From Mageeibacillus sp. UBA5438 (lineage in GTDB: Bacteria > Bacillota > Clostridia > Saccharofermentanales > DTU023), in the NCBI GenBank assembly GCA_002427535.1, contig DIRK01000058.1, forward strand, positions 811-64,810: a stretch of DNA of 64,000 nucleotides, read 5' to 3'. Of the stretch, positions 7,797 to 16,558 are shown piece after piece. A program made the translations under genes and the position numbers. Every line of letters starts with the position of its first letter. Positions within the stretch are counted from its first letter, which is position 1. The notes under the pieces are model-generated. The model was not told the DNA's origin, did no database searches, and worked only from the letters and a program-made list of their open reading frames with translations.

Positions 7797-9584
7797 TTAT
7801 TCATAAATGTCCGATAAAACCCCTCTGCCCTCCAACAAGATGTAATAATCCTTCATAAAGCGGTACATCCGCACCGGATAGTCGCCCAAATCAAGCCCGT
7901 GTCGCTTCTTATGCAGCCCCCACATGGACCACAGCATCCCGCCGAGCGCGGCGTAAAGGTAGAGTCTTACGATTTCCGTCTCATCGGGATCGCGCCCCAG
8001 ATGCAGACGAAGCGCCAGGAGGAGGCGTTCTTCATTAAAGTTTGCGTCGATTGCGAACATGGCCACATCCATCAGGGGATCCGACATACCCGAAAACTCC
8101 CAGTTCGTAATGAACAGGCCGCCCGTCTTTTTGCGGATGACATTTGCGTAAAGATAGTCGCCGTGACACAACACCGGGTCAACATCGAGATGCGCTTTTA
8201 AAAAAAGCAGTCGCTCCATCTTCTGCTTCATCTCCTCAATATCGCGGAAAGGCACACCCCCTGTCTGCTCAACCAGTGATTCATAATGAGAAAACATCTT
8301 CACAATATCGTAATGACGATCGATTCGAAGCTTTCTGTCGTGTATCTGCCGGATGAGCTGCATGCTATCCGAAAGATCACGGTCGTTCATGGGATCCACA
8401 TAGTGGGATTCGTCCGCAAAACGTGTAATGCGAATACCGCTCGACACATCGCTGTCCAACAATTCCTCCGCCACCTCAAGCGGTGCCAGGATGTCGTAGA
8501 CATGCTTCACACTCGCATGGTCGTACAAAGAAACCTCTTCTTCACCGGGAATGCGGATGACATAGGCATCCTCACGCACGTCGAAGCGATACATCTCGCT
8601 GTCCCACTCGTCCTCAAGCAGTTCAATGGATTCGATGTCCTCCACTAGAAGCGGGGCGGCGGACGGAAAATGGGCGATGATCTCTCTTTTTAGATCATCG
8701 TAATGCGATTCATCGTAATGGCGCACCTGATCAAGATGGTTGAACTCATACACATAACCTGTCTGCACATTGGCCTTCATTTGGAAATCGTTGAAATTTT
8801 CCTTCAAAATCTCCTCCCAGTAGTAATGCGTCGCCTCACCCCGGCCGTAATAGTCATTGAGCAATATTTTCAAACGCTCGGACATCTCACGGTTCAGATA
8901 AGCCGGTCCCACCACCGTCAGGCTGTCCTTCCCCCCGACCCGAATGTTTTTTATCCAACCCATCGGGGAGGTGCTGACACACCAGTCATTGGTGTCACCT
9001 TCGCAATACACACAGCAGTACCAGCTTGTGGCCTCATAAAGGTTAAAGAAATTCTTCTCGATATAGGTGTCCGCCACCAAAATATAGGTATTGTCGAGTT
9101 TGTCGGCGGCATGGTAGAGGCTCGCGTAGTTATTAATCGTCGCAAAATCGGGATTGTAAACCAGCGTGACACCGTAGCGGTCAACCAGGTAGTCATAGGC
9201 CTCCATCTGGTAGCCCACCACCAGGGTAATGTCGAAAATTCCACGATCTTGGAGCTGTTCGATCTGGCGCTCGATCATGATCTCGCCTTTGACCTTCAAA
9301 AAACCGCCGGGTATTTCATCCACCGTCCCCAGCGCGGAAGAGGTGAAGCCCGCAGCCAATACGATCGCGTTTTTCACTTTGTAGGGTTCAAGAAAAACAA
9401 GTCCCTCATCTGTCACACGCAAACCGTCGTCAAGGCGCAGCAAATAATGTTGGTCGAGCGCCCGTTGAATCACGCGGTTAATCGTACCCAGCGACATGCC
9501 GCATGTGGCCGCAAGATTTCTTTGGGTCTGTTGAGGATCCTTTAATAACTCCCTCAGAATGATGACAGTGTTTCCTTGACTCAT
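7797..9584 (-). CDS. wHTH + LicC-like + choline-kinase-like paralog with degenerate catalytic motifs
   Basis: Likely start MSQGNTV at 9584; the listed ORF start 9707 would overlap the upstream paralog. NTP loop VLAAGFTSSALGTVDEIPGGFLKV. P-loop region DEWDSEMYRF. HGDYLYAN retained, but ITNWEFSG (D to N). Confidence 0.8.
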   Translation of the reverse strand: MSQGNTVIILRELLKDPQQTQRNLAATCGMSLGTINRVIQRALDQHYLLRLDDGLRVTDEGLVFLEPYKVKNAIVLAAGFTSSALGTVDEIPGGFLKVKGEIMIERQIEQLQDRGIFDITLVVGYQMEAYDYLVDRYGVTLVYNPDFATINNYASLYHAADKLDNTYILVADTYIEKNFFNLYEATSWYCCVYCEGDTNDWCVSTSPMGWIKNIRVGGKDSLTVVGPAYLNREMSERLKILLNDYYGRGEATHYYWEEILKENFNDFQMKANVQTGYVYEFNHLDQVRHYDESHYDDLKREIIAHFPSAAPLLVEDIESIELLEDEWDSEMYRFDVREDAYVIRIPGEEEVSLYDHASVKHVYDILAPLEVAEELLDSDVSSGIRITRFADESHYVDPMNDRDLSDSMQLIRQIHDRKLRIDRHYDIVKMFSHYESLVEQTGGVPFRDIEEMKQKMERLLFLKAHLDVDPVLCHGDYLYANVIRKKTGGLFITNWEFSGMSDPLMDVAMFAIDANFNEERLLLALRLHLGRDPDETEIVRLYLYAALGGMLWSMWGLHKKRHGLDLGDYPVRMYRFMKDYYILLEGRGVLSDIYE

Positions 9585-9607
9585 ACGCACCCCGTCTACT
9601 TGTATAA

Positions 9608-11368
9608 TTATACCATGGCAAGCGGGTAAAAGTCCTTCAAATAGCGGTACATCTTTAAGGGATAGGCTCCAAGATCGAAACCTGAACGCTTTCTTTGCAG
9701 CCCCCACATGGACCAGAGAAGACCCCCCAAAGCGACATAAAGATACAGGCGGATCAACTCTTCTTGTGTGGGCGCACGGCCCAAATATAAAGCAAGCGAA
9801 AGATCCAAGCGCGCTTGGTCAAAATAGGAGTAAATGCCAAACATCGCCACATCCATAAGCGGGTCGCTCATGCCGGCAAATTCCCAATTAATAATGAACA
9901 AACCGCCCGTGGTTTTACGGACGACATGGGCGTACAGATAATCACCGTGGCAAAGCACAGGCTCGATATTGAGACGCTCCTTGATTTTTAGAAGATTTCT
10001 CATCTTGGCCTTGACATCGTCAATGTCACGAAACGGCATGCCGCCCGTGCGGTACACCTTGTTTTCATAGTAAGCCGTCATTTTCTCAATATCGTAATCG
10101 TAGTCGACCTTAAGCTTCCTGTCATGGATCAGGCGTATCAGCTGCATGCTGTCAGCAAGGTCCCGGTCATCGAAGGGATCGACAAAAGACGAACGCTCGA
10201 CATAGCGCGTGACACGGATCCCTGTCGGGATATCAAAATTTAACACCTCATCGGTCACCTCTAAGGGCGCCAATAGCTCATAGGTTTGTTTGACCTTGGC
10301 ATTGTCAATAAACGCTTCGCAGTTTTTATCCGGTACGCGAAGCACATACTCATGGCGGTCGATCACAAATTTGTAAACGTCATAGGCGACTTCATCCGCT
10401 AATGGCGTGATTTTTTCAATTTTTTCAGATGAAATCGACCACGCATCCGCGTAGTACGCCGCAATCTGATCCCTGACTTCTTTTAGGTAAGCCTTGTCAT
10501 AGGCATGCACATCTTCAATACGTGTGAATTCATAGACCTTACCCGTCTGGATATTCGCCCTTTTCGGGAAATCTTCAAAATGCTCCAAAAGGCGCGCCTG
10601 CCAATAGGCGTTTGTCATCTCCGCTTCGCTGATATTGTGCTCAAAAAAGGATCGGATATTTTCACTCATGAAACAATCGTAGTAGGCCGGCCCCACGACG
10701 GTCATGCAATTTTTGCCTCCCAAGCGCATATTTTTTATTTTGCCGCCGGGCGTGACATCGACACACCAGTCCGAGGTCTCCCCCTCACAATAGCTCACCG
10801 AATACCAGGCATAGGGTTCGTAGCGATGAAAAAGATTCTCCTCTAAGTAGCTGTCCGCCACGAGCAGGTAAGTATTATCCAGATAATCCAAGGCATACAT
10901 GAGACTTGCGAAGTTGTTGATTTTGCTGAAGTCGGGATTGTAGATCAATTTGACCCCGTAGCGGTCAACTAAATAGTCATAGCTTTCCATCCGAAAACCG
11001 ACGACAATGGCGATTTCACGAATCCCGCGCTCCAAAAGCTGTTCAATCTGCCGCTCAATCATGATCTCCCCTTTCACCTCGAGGAAACCGGGCGGCATGG
11101 TGGCAGATAGGGATAGAGCGCTTGCTGAAAAACCCGCGGCAAGAATAATGGCGTTTTTCACCTGATAGGGTACAAGCCAATCGAAACCGGCTTCGGTGAC
11201 ATAAAGTCCCTCTTCGCGGCGTTCAAGATATTTTTTTTCGATGGCACGGTTGACGACATGATTTACGGTCCCCAATGAGAGACCGCAACGATCCGCCAGC
11301 TGCCTTTGAGACAGACGGCCGTTTTCAATCAATTCACGAAGTATCGGGACCGCATTTTCAGCCTTCAT
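9608..11368 (-). CDS. wHTH + LicC-like + choline-kinase-like paralog with degenerate catalytic motifs
   Basis: Likely start MKAENAVPIL at 11368, with GAGG ~10 nt upstream. NTP loop ILAAGFSASALSLSATMPPGFLEV. P-loop region DEVAYDVYKF. HGDYLYAH (N to H). IINWEFAG (D to N). Closest to the 7797..9584 paralog. Confidence 0.8.
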   Translation of the reverse strand: MKAENAVPILRELIENGRLSQRQLADRCGLSLGTVNHVVNRAIEKKYLERREEGLYVTEAGFDWLVPYQVKNAIILAAGFSASALSLSATMPPGFLEVKGEIMIERQIEQLLERGIREIAIVVGFRMESYDYLVDRYGVKLIYNPDFSKINNFASLMYALDYLDNTYLLVADSYLEENLFHRYEPYAWYSVSYCEGETSDWCVDVTPGGKIKNMRLGGKNCMTVVGPAYYDCFMSENIRSFFEHNISEAEMTNAYWQARLLEHFEDFPKRANIQTGKVYEFTRIEDVHAYDKAYLKEVRDQIAAYYADAWSISSEKIEKITPLADEVAYDVYKFVIDRHEYVLRVPDKNCEAFIDNAKVKQTYELLAPLEVTDEVLNFDIPTGIRVTRYVERSSFVDPFDDRDLADSMQLIRLIHDRKLKVDYDYDIEKMTAYYENKVYRTGGMPFRDIDDVKAKMRNLLKIKERLNIEPVLCHGDYLYAHVVRKTTGGLFIINWEFAGMSDPLMDVAMFGIYSYFDQARLDLSLALYLGRAPTQEELIRLYLYVALGGLLWSMWGLQRKRSGFDLGAYPLKMYRYLKDFYPLAMV

Positions 11369-11390
11369 TGACTTAGCCTCACATGTGTTC

Positions 11391-11426
11391 AATATAGCAT
11401 ATGAAAGGCCGCCTTTTGAACATATG
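11391..11426 (-). promoter_or_regulatory. candidate promoter (TTCAAA-18-TGcTATATT) overlapped by an imperfect palindrome CATATGAAAGGC/GCCTTTtgaaCATATG
   Basis: On the minus strand, TATATT is the complement of 11391-11396 and TTCAAA is the complement of 11415-11420. The inverted repeat spans 11398-11426. It lies in the 150-bp divergent region between the paralog operon and the yidC-tagF-like gene. Confidence 0.3.
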
Positions 11427-11518
11427 ATCCATTCTCGGACTGGCGTGGCTGTGGTACCATCTAGGGGATCGATCGCGCCCATAAACAGCGCTCGAGACAG
11501 GGGGATTTTTGTCAGCCT

Positions 11519-13726
11519 ATGTCCGTCATTAACACCGTTTTCGGCATCCCGTTCGGATACCTCATGTACCTTCTCTACCAGCTTTCCAAAAACTACGGCA
11601 TGGCCATTCTTTTGTTTACGCTGGTCACAAAAATCCTAATGTTTCCCCTGTCCTTAATCTCACAAAAAAATGCCATCATCATGGCCAAAATACAACCGGC
11701 CTTAGACGACATCCGCCGCTTTCACGCGGGCAACAACCCCCTCATCATGGAGGAACAAAAAAAACTGTTCAAAGAAGAGGGCTACAGCACATGGAAAAGC
11801 CTTGTCCCCCTCCTTGTCCAGATCCCCATCATCTTGGGGCTCATCCATGTCATCTACCATCCGCTGCAGCATATCCTCCGCCTGGACGCGGCCACCCTCG
11901 ATTTACTGTTGAATAAAACAGCTCAACTGTTGAATACGACCCGCGAGGCTTTAGGCTCGGGCGCCGAGTTGAAAATCATCGAAATGGTCGCCGAAAACCC
12001 GGCGCTCTTCCAAGGGATGAGCGGGGTCGAAAAGATCCTTGCCTTGGACATGCAGTTCTTGGGCGCAGATCTCAGCCATATCCCAAGCTTCTCCTCACTT
12101 CTTATCTTATTTCCCATTTTGTCGGGCGCAAGCGCCCTTCTTCTCGCCGTCTGCCAGAATCGCCATTACGTATTGCAGATCACGCAGAGCGCTTTTAGAA
12201 AATGGTCAATCAGCCTTTTCCTTGTGGCCTTCTCCTTTTTCTTCGCGCTCATCCTGCCCGCAGGTGTAGGACTCTACTGGATCGCGGGAAACCTTTTGTC
12301 CGTCGCGGTGCTTTTCATATGTAATGGGATCTACGACCCCAAAAAACTTGTACCCGAAAGTTACTTCCAACCCAAAGGTAAGCGAAGCCGAAAGGAAAAA
12401 GAGGAAGAAAAAACACGCGAAAAGGCAAAGAAAGCCCGTCAAAAAGAAGACCGCAGACGTTTTATGGCAATAAAAGGCAAACAGCTTGTCTTCTACGCGG
12501 AAAACGCCAGCTATTACCGCTATTTCAAAGGATTCATCGACTACATCCTGAAGCACTCCGAACTTGTCATCCACTATGTCACAAGTGACCCCGAGGATCC
12601 TGTTTTAAGAAACGATCACCCGCGCCTTTTAGGCTACTACATCGGCCCGGTCGCCCTCATTTCCTTCATGATGCGCCTGGACGCCGACATGCTCGTCATG
12701 ACCATGCCCGACCTTGAAACCTACCATATCAAGCGCTCCATCGTACGAAAAGACGTTGAATACGTCTACCTGGACCACGGGATGACGAGTTTCCACCTGA
12801 TGCTGAAAAAGGGAGCCCTCGATCATTTCGACACCATCTTCTGCTACGGGCCCAACCACGCCGATGAAGTGCGTGAGACGGAACGCGTGTACGGATTGCC
12901 GCGGAAAAAACTCGTGAAAACGGGCTATCCGCTCCTCGACCAAATGATCGAAGGCGCCAAGGCCCTGGGGCCCATTCAAAACGACCCCAAGGTCATCATG
13001 ATCGCCCCCTCTTGGCAAAAGGACAACATCATGGACTTCTGTCTCGATGATTTAATCATGCCTCTTTTGCAAACAGGCTACCGCGTGATCCTCCGACCGC
13101 ACCCTGAATACGTGAAGCGCTTCCCCGACAAGATGGAAAGGCTCAAGACGCGCTACGAAAAGCACCTCGGCCCTTATTTTGACATTCAAACCGAATACCA
13201 AAAAACAGAATCGGTGTACAGCGCCGACCTGGTCATCACGGACTGGTCCTCCATCGCGCAGGAATTTTCCTACGCCACAAAAAAACCCTCACTTTTTATT
13301 AACACGCCCATGAAAATCATGAACCCTGAATACCAAAAAATACCGCTTGTCCCCCTCGACATTTCACTGCGCGATGAAATCGGCCGCTCCCTCGACTTGG
13401 AACAGCTGGATACCCTGCCCGCCCTGATTGAGTCCCTCATGAACGAAGGTGAAGCTTGGTGTCGTCGCATCGAACAGGTCGTCTCGGATAATATCTATGA
13501 CGTCGGCCGCGCGGCCGAAGGCGGAGGGCGCTACATCATCGAAACACTCTCGAAGAAAAAGCACGTTCAAAAGGAAAATGATGAGAAGCAAAACGCCCTT
13601 TTGGAACTCGATCACACATGGGAAGCCATGCGCAGTCAACTGAGCCAAGAAGAGGCCGTAATGCTATTAAAACAACTGGAAGATTTCCAAAGGATCACAA
13701 ACGAACAGGAGGGCGATCATGCGTAA
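11519..13726 (+). CDS. fusion protein: YidC/Oxa1-type membrane insertase domain + TagB/TagF-type CDP-alcohol phosphotransferase domain
   Basis: Residues 1-~270 resemble YidC (NYGMAILLFTLVTKILMFPLSL, MAKIQPALDDI, LPAGVGLYWIAGNLLSV; ~5 TM). Then a Lys/Glu-rich linker (KGKRSRKEKEEEKTREKAKKARQKE). The C-terminal ~430 aa carry TagF-family motifs (MIAPSWQ, ILRPHPEY, VITDWSSIAQEFSYATKKPSLFI). Confidence 0.75.
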   Translation: MSVINTVFGIPFGYLMYLLYQLSKNYGMAILLFTLVTKILMFPLSLISQKNAIIMAKIQPALDDIRRFHAGNNPLIMEEQKKLFKEEGYSTWKSLVPLLVQIPIILGLIHVIYHPLQHILRLDAATLDLLLNKTAQLLNTTREALGSGAELKIIEMVAENPALFQGMSGVEKILALDMQFLGADLSHIPSFSSLLILFPILSGASALLLAVCQNRHYVLQITQSAFRKWSISLFLVAFSFFFALILPAGVGLYWIAGNLLSVAVLFICNGIYDPKKLVPESYFQPKGKRSRKEKEEEKTREKAKKARQKEDRRRFMAIKGKQLVFYAENASYYRYFKGFIDYILKHSELVIHYVTSDPEDPVLRNDHPRLLGYYIGPVALISFMMRLDADMLVMTMPDLETYHIKRSIVRKDVEYVYLDHGMTSFHLMLKKGALDHFDTIFCYGPNHADEVRETERVYGLPRKKLVKTGYPLLDQMIEGAKALGPIQNDPKVIMIAPSWQKDNIMDFCLDDLIMPLLQTGYRVILRPHPEYVKRFPDKMERLKTRYEKHLGPYFDIQTEYQKTESVYSADLVITDWSSIAQEFSYATKKPSLFINTPMKIMNPEYQKIPLVPLDISLRDEIGRSLDLEQLDTLPALIESLMNEGEAWCRRIEQVVSDNIYDVGRAAEGGGRYIIETLSKKKHVQKENDEKQNALLELDHTWEAMRSQLSQEEAVMLLKQLEDFQRITNEQEGDHA

Positions 13727-15653
13727 AAAGATGTCCGCTTTCCTCCTTTTCACAGGCTACTTCCTTATCCGGACGAAGCCCGTACACGCCTACATTGATC
13801 CCGCGACGACGACCTATCTCATCCAAATTTTGTCGGCGCTTGTCATCACATTGGGCGTGACCGTCGGCGTGTTTTTCGGCCGCATCCGACAGTTCTTTTT
13901 AAACTTCCGCGTCCGCATGACAGAACTTCGCATCCGCGTGTTCGAGCAAAAAAGAGAGGACAAGCAACCGCAAAAAATTGAAAAACAAGAAATCTCGTTG
14001 CCCTTCATAAAACGCTTCCTCCTCGCCTTACCAACCTCCGTCGCCCTCTTTTTCACCCTCGTAATCTTTGGCGTGTATGAGCTTTACATGAACAATCAAG
14101 AAGCCTTTATGTTCCCCCTCACATCCGTTCTCTTGTCGCTCATTCTCATCGCTCTTTTTGGAACGCTTTTATTGGCCCTCCTGATTGCTGTGTTTCGACA
14201 CCATACCTTTTCGACGGTTCTGTCGATTGCCTTTGGACTTCTATTGGCCTTCAACCTTGAGGGCAATCTGTTGAACCTTTCTTTGGGCGAACTGACAGGC
14301 GACAGCATCCCTTGGGAACTGTACCGGACAGAGGCGATCGTTAACCTGTTCGTCTGGATCGTACTCATCGGCCTTGTGGTTGTGATCGGCCACTACTTAA
14401 AAAACTTTTGGAAAGTCCTTGTAAGACTCGCCCCCGCCGTCATCCTTATGGCACAGATCATCGCCATGATCGTGATCTCCGCCACCGCGGCGCCCTCCAC
14501 ATTAGAGGACAACCTGTATTTGTCACGCCAGGGTATTTATGAAGTCGGCAAAAAGGAGAACATCGTCGTCATTGTGCTGGATCGTCTCGACAACTGGTTC
14601 ATCAATGACGTGCTGAAAGAAGAACCCGATTTTTTCGACCGTATGGACGGTTTCACGCGCTTCACGAACAACATCTCGCTTTACAGCCAAACCTTCCCCT
14701 CCGTGGCCAATATGCTGACCGGTGAACGCTACGACTTTAACGACTACTGGGCCGATTATTTGGAAAATGCTTGGAAAACAGGTGATTTCATCCCCCGATT
14801 AAAAGGGGCGGGTTACGAAAACCGCTTCTATATGGAGCGTAGCTACGCCTACCGGGACGCCCAAGATCTTCTAGGCCTTGCGGATAACATCGTCGAAGGA
14901 AAAATCAGCATCGACCGCAAGGAGGCCGTCGGGCAATTTATGGGACTCTCCTCCTACCGCTATGTCCCCTTGGCCTTAAAACCCTTCTTTTGGACCTCCA
15001 CTGAGGCATTCGGTAAGATCATCGATGTCAGTTTAGAAACAGCCCCCTATATCACAGATGACCTCGCCTTCTTCAAAGGTTTAAAAGAAGAGCGGTTGAA
15101 AATTGGGGAGGCCGAGAAGAATTTCCTGTTCATTCATTTGAATGGCCCCCATCCTCCCTACAATTTAGATGAATACGGAAACGAAGCGGAGCCCGGGCAG
15201 TCCTCCTATAAAATTCAGACGAAGGGGAGCTTTCGCATTGTCTTTGAATATTTGGACCAATTAAAGGCTCTCGGACTCTACGAGGACGCGACCATCATTG
15301 TGACAGGCGACCACGGGGCGCGTTTATCTGACACACAGCCTTTGAGCTCCGCCATTGTGACAGGCCTGTTCGTCAAACCGAAAGGCGCGATCGGCGAACC
15401 CATTAAGATCAACCGCGCGCCCTTGACCTCGGACAATCTGCGGGCCACCGTCATCGAAGCGGCGGGCATCGATGCCCCCCAGTACGGCCAGAGCTATTTT
15501 GAGGTGTCGCCCGATGAATTCGCCGTCCGCTTCCTCTTCCACCGCCTGTACGGTTCAGAGGACCAGCCGGCACGAGTCGAGGTATACCAGGTGCTGGGAG
15601 ACGCAAACCAGTTCAACAACTGGATTCTTGTGGAAGAGGAGATTATCCGGTAA
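13719..15653 (+). CDS. polytopic membrane protein with extracytoplasmic LtaS/sulfatase (alkaline-phosphatase superfamily) domain
   Basis: Start overlaps the upstream stop by 8 nt. Multi-TM N-terminal half. C-terminal motifs IVVIVLDRLDNWF, YSQTFPSVANMLTG (candidate Thr nucleophile), LNGPHPPY, IIVTGDHGARL. Confidence 0.7.
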   Translation: MRKKMSAFLLFTGYFLIRTKPVHAYIDPATTTYLIQILSALVITLGVTVGVFFGRIRQFFLNFRVRMTELRIRVFEQKREDKQPQKIEKQEISLPFIKRFLLALPTSVALFFTLVIFGVYELYMNNQEAFMFPLTSVLLSLILIALFGTLLLALLIAVFRHHTFSTVLSIAFGLLLAFNLEGNLLNLSLGELTGDSIPWELYRTEAIVNLFVWIVLIGLVVVIGHYLKNFWKVLVRLAPAVILMAQIIAMIVISATAAPSTLEDNLYLSRQGIYEVGKKENIVVIVLDRLDNWFINDVLKEEPDFFDRMDGFTRFTNNISLYSQTFPSVANMLTGERYDFNDYWADYLENAWKTGDFIPRLKGAGYENRFYMERSYAYRDAQDLLGLADNIVEGKISIDRKEAVGQFMGLSSYRYVPLALKPFFWTSTEAFGKIIDVSLETAPYITDDLAFFKGLKEERLKIGEAEKNFLFIHLNGPHPPYNLDEYGNEAEPGQSSYKIQTKGSFRIVFEYLDQLKALGLYEDATIIVTGDHGARLSDTQPLSSAIVTGLFVKPKGAIGEPIKINRAPLTSDNLRATVIEAAGIDAPQYGQSYFEVSPDEFAVRFLFHRLYGSEDQPARVEVYQVLGDANQFNNWILVEEEIIR

Positions 15654-15658
15654 AACCT

Positions 15659-16558
15659 TTAGTGACCCGGCGTTCTGAAACGATCGAAGAAATCCGAAGA
15701 TAAAAGCGGATTGGCGGATACGCCTGAAACAAGTTCATTGTAACGCTTCGTAATGGCCTCACCGAGCGGCAGGTCGGGGAAGATCGCGTAGCGCAGATAA
15801 AAATCGAAAAGATCCACACCCGAATCATAAATTTCGCCCGCGATATCGGAGATAAAATGACGGCTGTTCGGAAGCGCGATATCCGAAATAAGCGGCACGC
15901 GGCTCCAGATCACACGCCATGAACCGATGGAAATCACCGGCAACGGGATGGGCCGGCGGTTTTTTTGCCGCTCACTGTCGCGGACGAAGCGCATGTCCTC
16001 CAAGATTACGCATAAATCAGACAGTGCTTCCGCGACCGACGAGCGCGGATAGCTTTGCTGCAATGTCAACCACCCGCATAAATACAGATAGTGGCAGGCA
16101 CGCAGACGGATGAGATTTTGGATTTGCGCCAGTTCATCGCGGCGCTTCAGCGCCGCAAGCGTGGGAAACAACATGCACAGATCGCGATAACTCAAGCTGT
16201 CCGCAAAATGCTCTAACTGCGCCCTGGTCTTCACCTGCTTTAGTTGAGTGGAAAGCCAGGTCGCGTGAGAGGGCGTATGTTCGCAGAGTGTTTCCGTCGG
16301 CAGAGGGTGCTTTTCACGGCATCCCTCGAGCGCTTCTTCTAAAGTCTTGTAAATAAGCGGGACGGGCCTTGCTAACCTCGGTCGAGGAACCGGAGAGCTA
16401 ACGCGTACGGGCGGCGCTTCAATCTCTAGCGGCCGGCGCCTCGTCGAAGGCTGACGCCTTTTGGGCGCGATTGAATTCTCCGCTTCCGGCAACCGGAGGG
16501 TCACCGGCCGAATAGCGCGGTTTTTTTCCTCATCGTCTTTTAACAGACGATCATCCAT
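15659..16558 (-). CDS. hypothetical protein with Pro/Arg-rich N-terminus
   Basis: 299 aa with no motif I recognise. Its ATG is embedded in the upstream gene's terminal codons (cATGGATGA), indicating translational coupling. Confidence 0.5.
   Translation of the reverse strand: MDDRLLKDDEEKNRAIRPVTLRLPEAENSIAPKRRQPSTRRRPLEIEAPPVRVSSPVPRPRLARPVPLIYKTLEEALEGCREKHPLPTETLCEHTPSHATWLSTQLKQVKTRAQLEHFADSLSYRDLCMLFPTLAALKRRDELAQIQNLIRLRACHYLYLCGWLTLQQSYPRSSVAEALSDLCVILEDMRFVRDSERQKNRRPIPLPVISIGSWRVIWSRVPLISDIALPNSRHFISDIAGEIYDSGVDLFDFYLRYAIFPDLPLGEAITKRYNELVSGVSANPLLSSDFFDRFRTPGH

Noticed and set aside
8703-9545. Long antisense ORFs on the supplied track. Examples: 8703..9545 (280 aa), 55249..55986 (245 aa), 48981..49559, 49638..50198, 34849..35373, 42939..43445, 18634..19212, 16461..16979.
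   Set aside because: Each lies fully antisense to a gene with strong, recognisable protein motifs. Their translations are low-complexity (Arg/His/Ser/Pro-rich) with no recognisable domains. Open antisense frames of this kind are expected in GC-rich coding DNA.
9585-9707. N-terminal extensions of the paralog ORFs (9585..9707 and 11369..11482) implied by the ORF track.
   Set aside because: The extensions would overlap the upstream paralog or run into the divergent promoter region, and they have no counterpart in the other copies. All four homologs align from the internal Met preceding the HTH.
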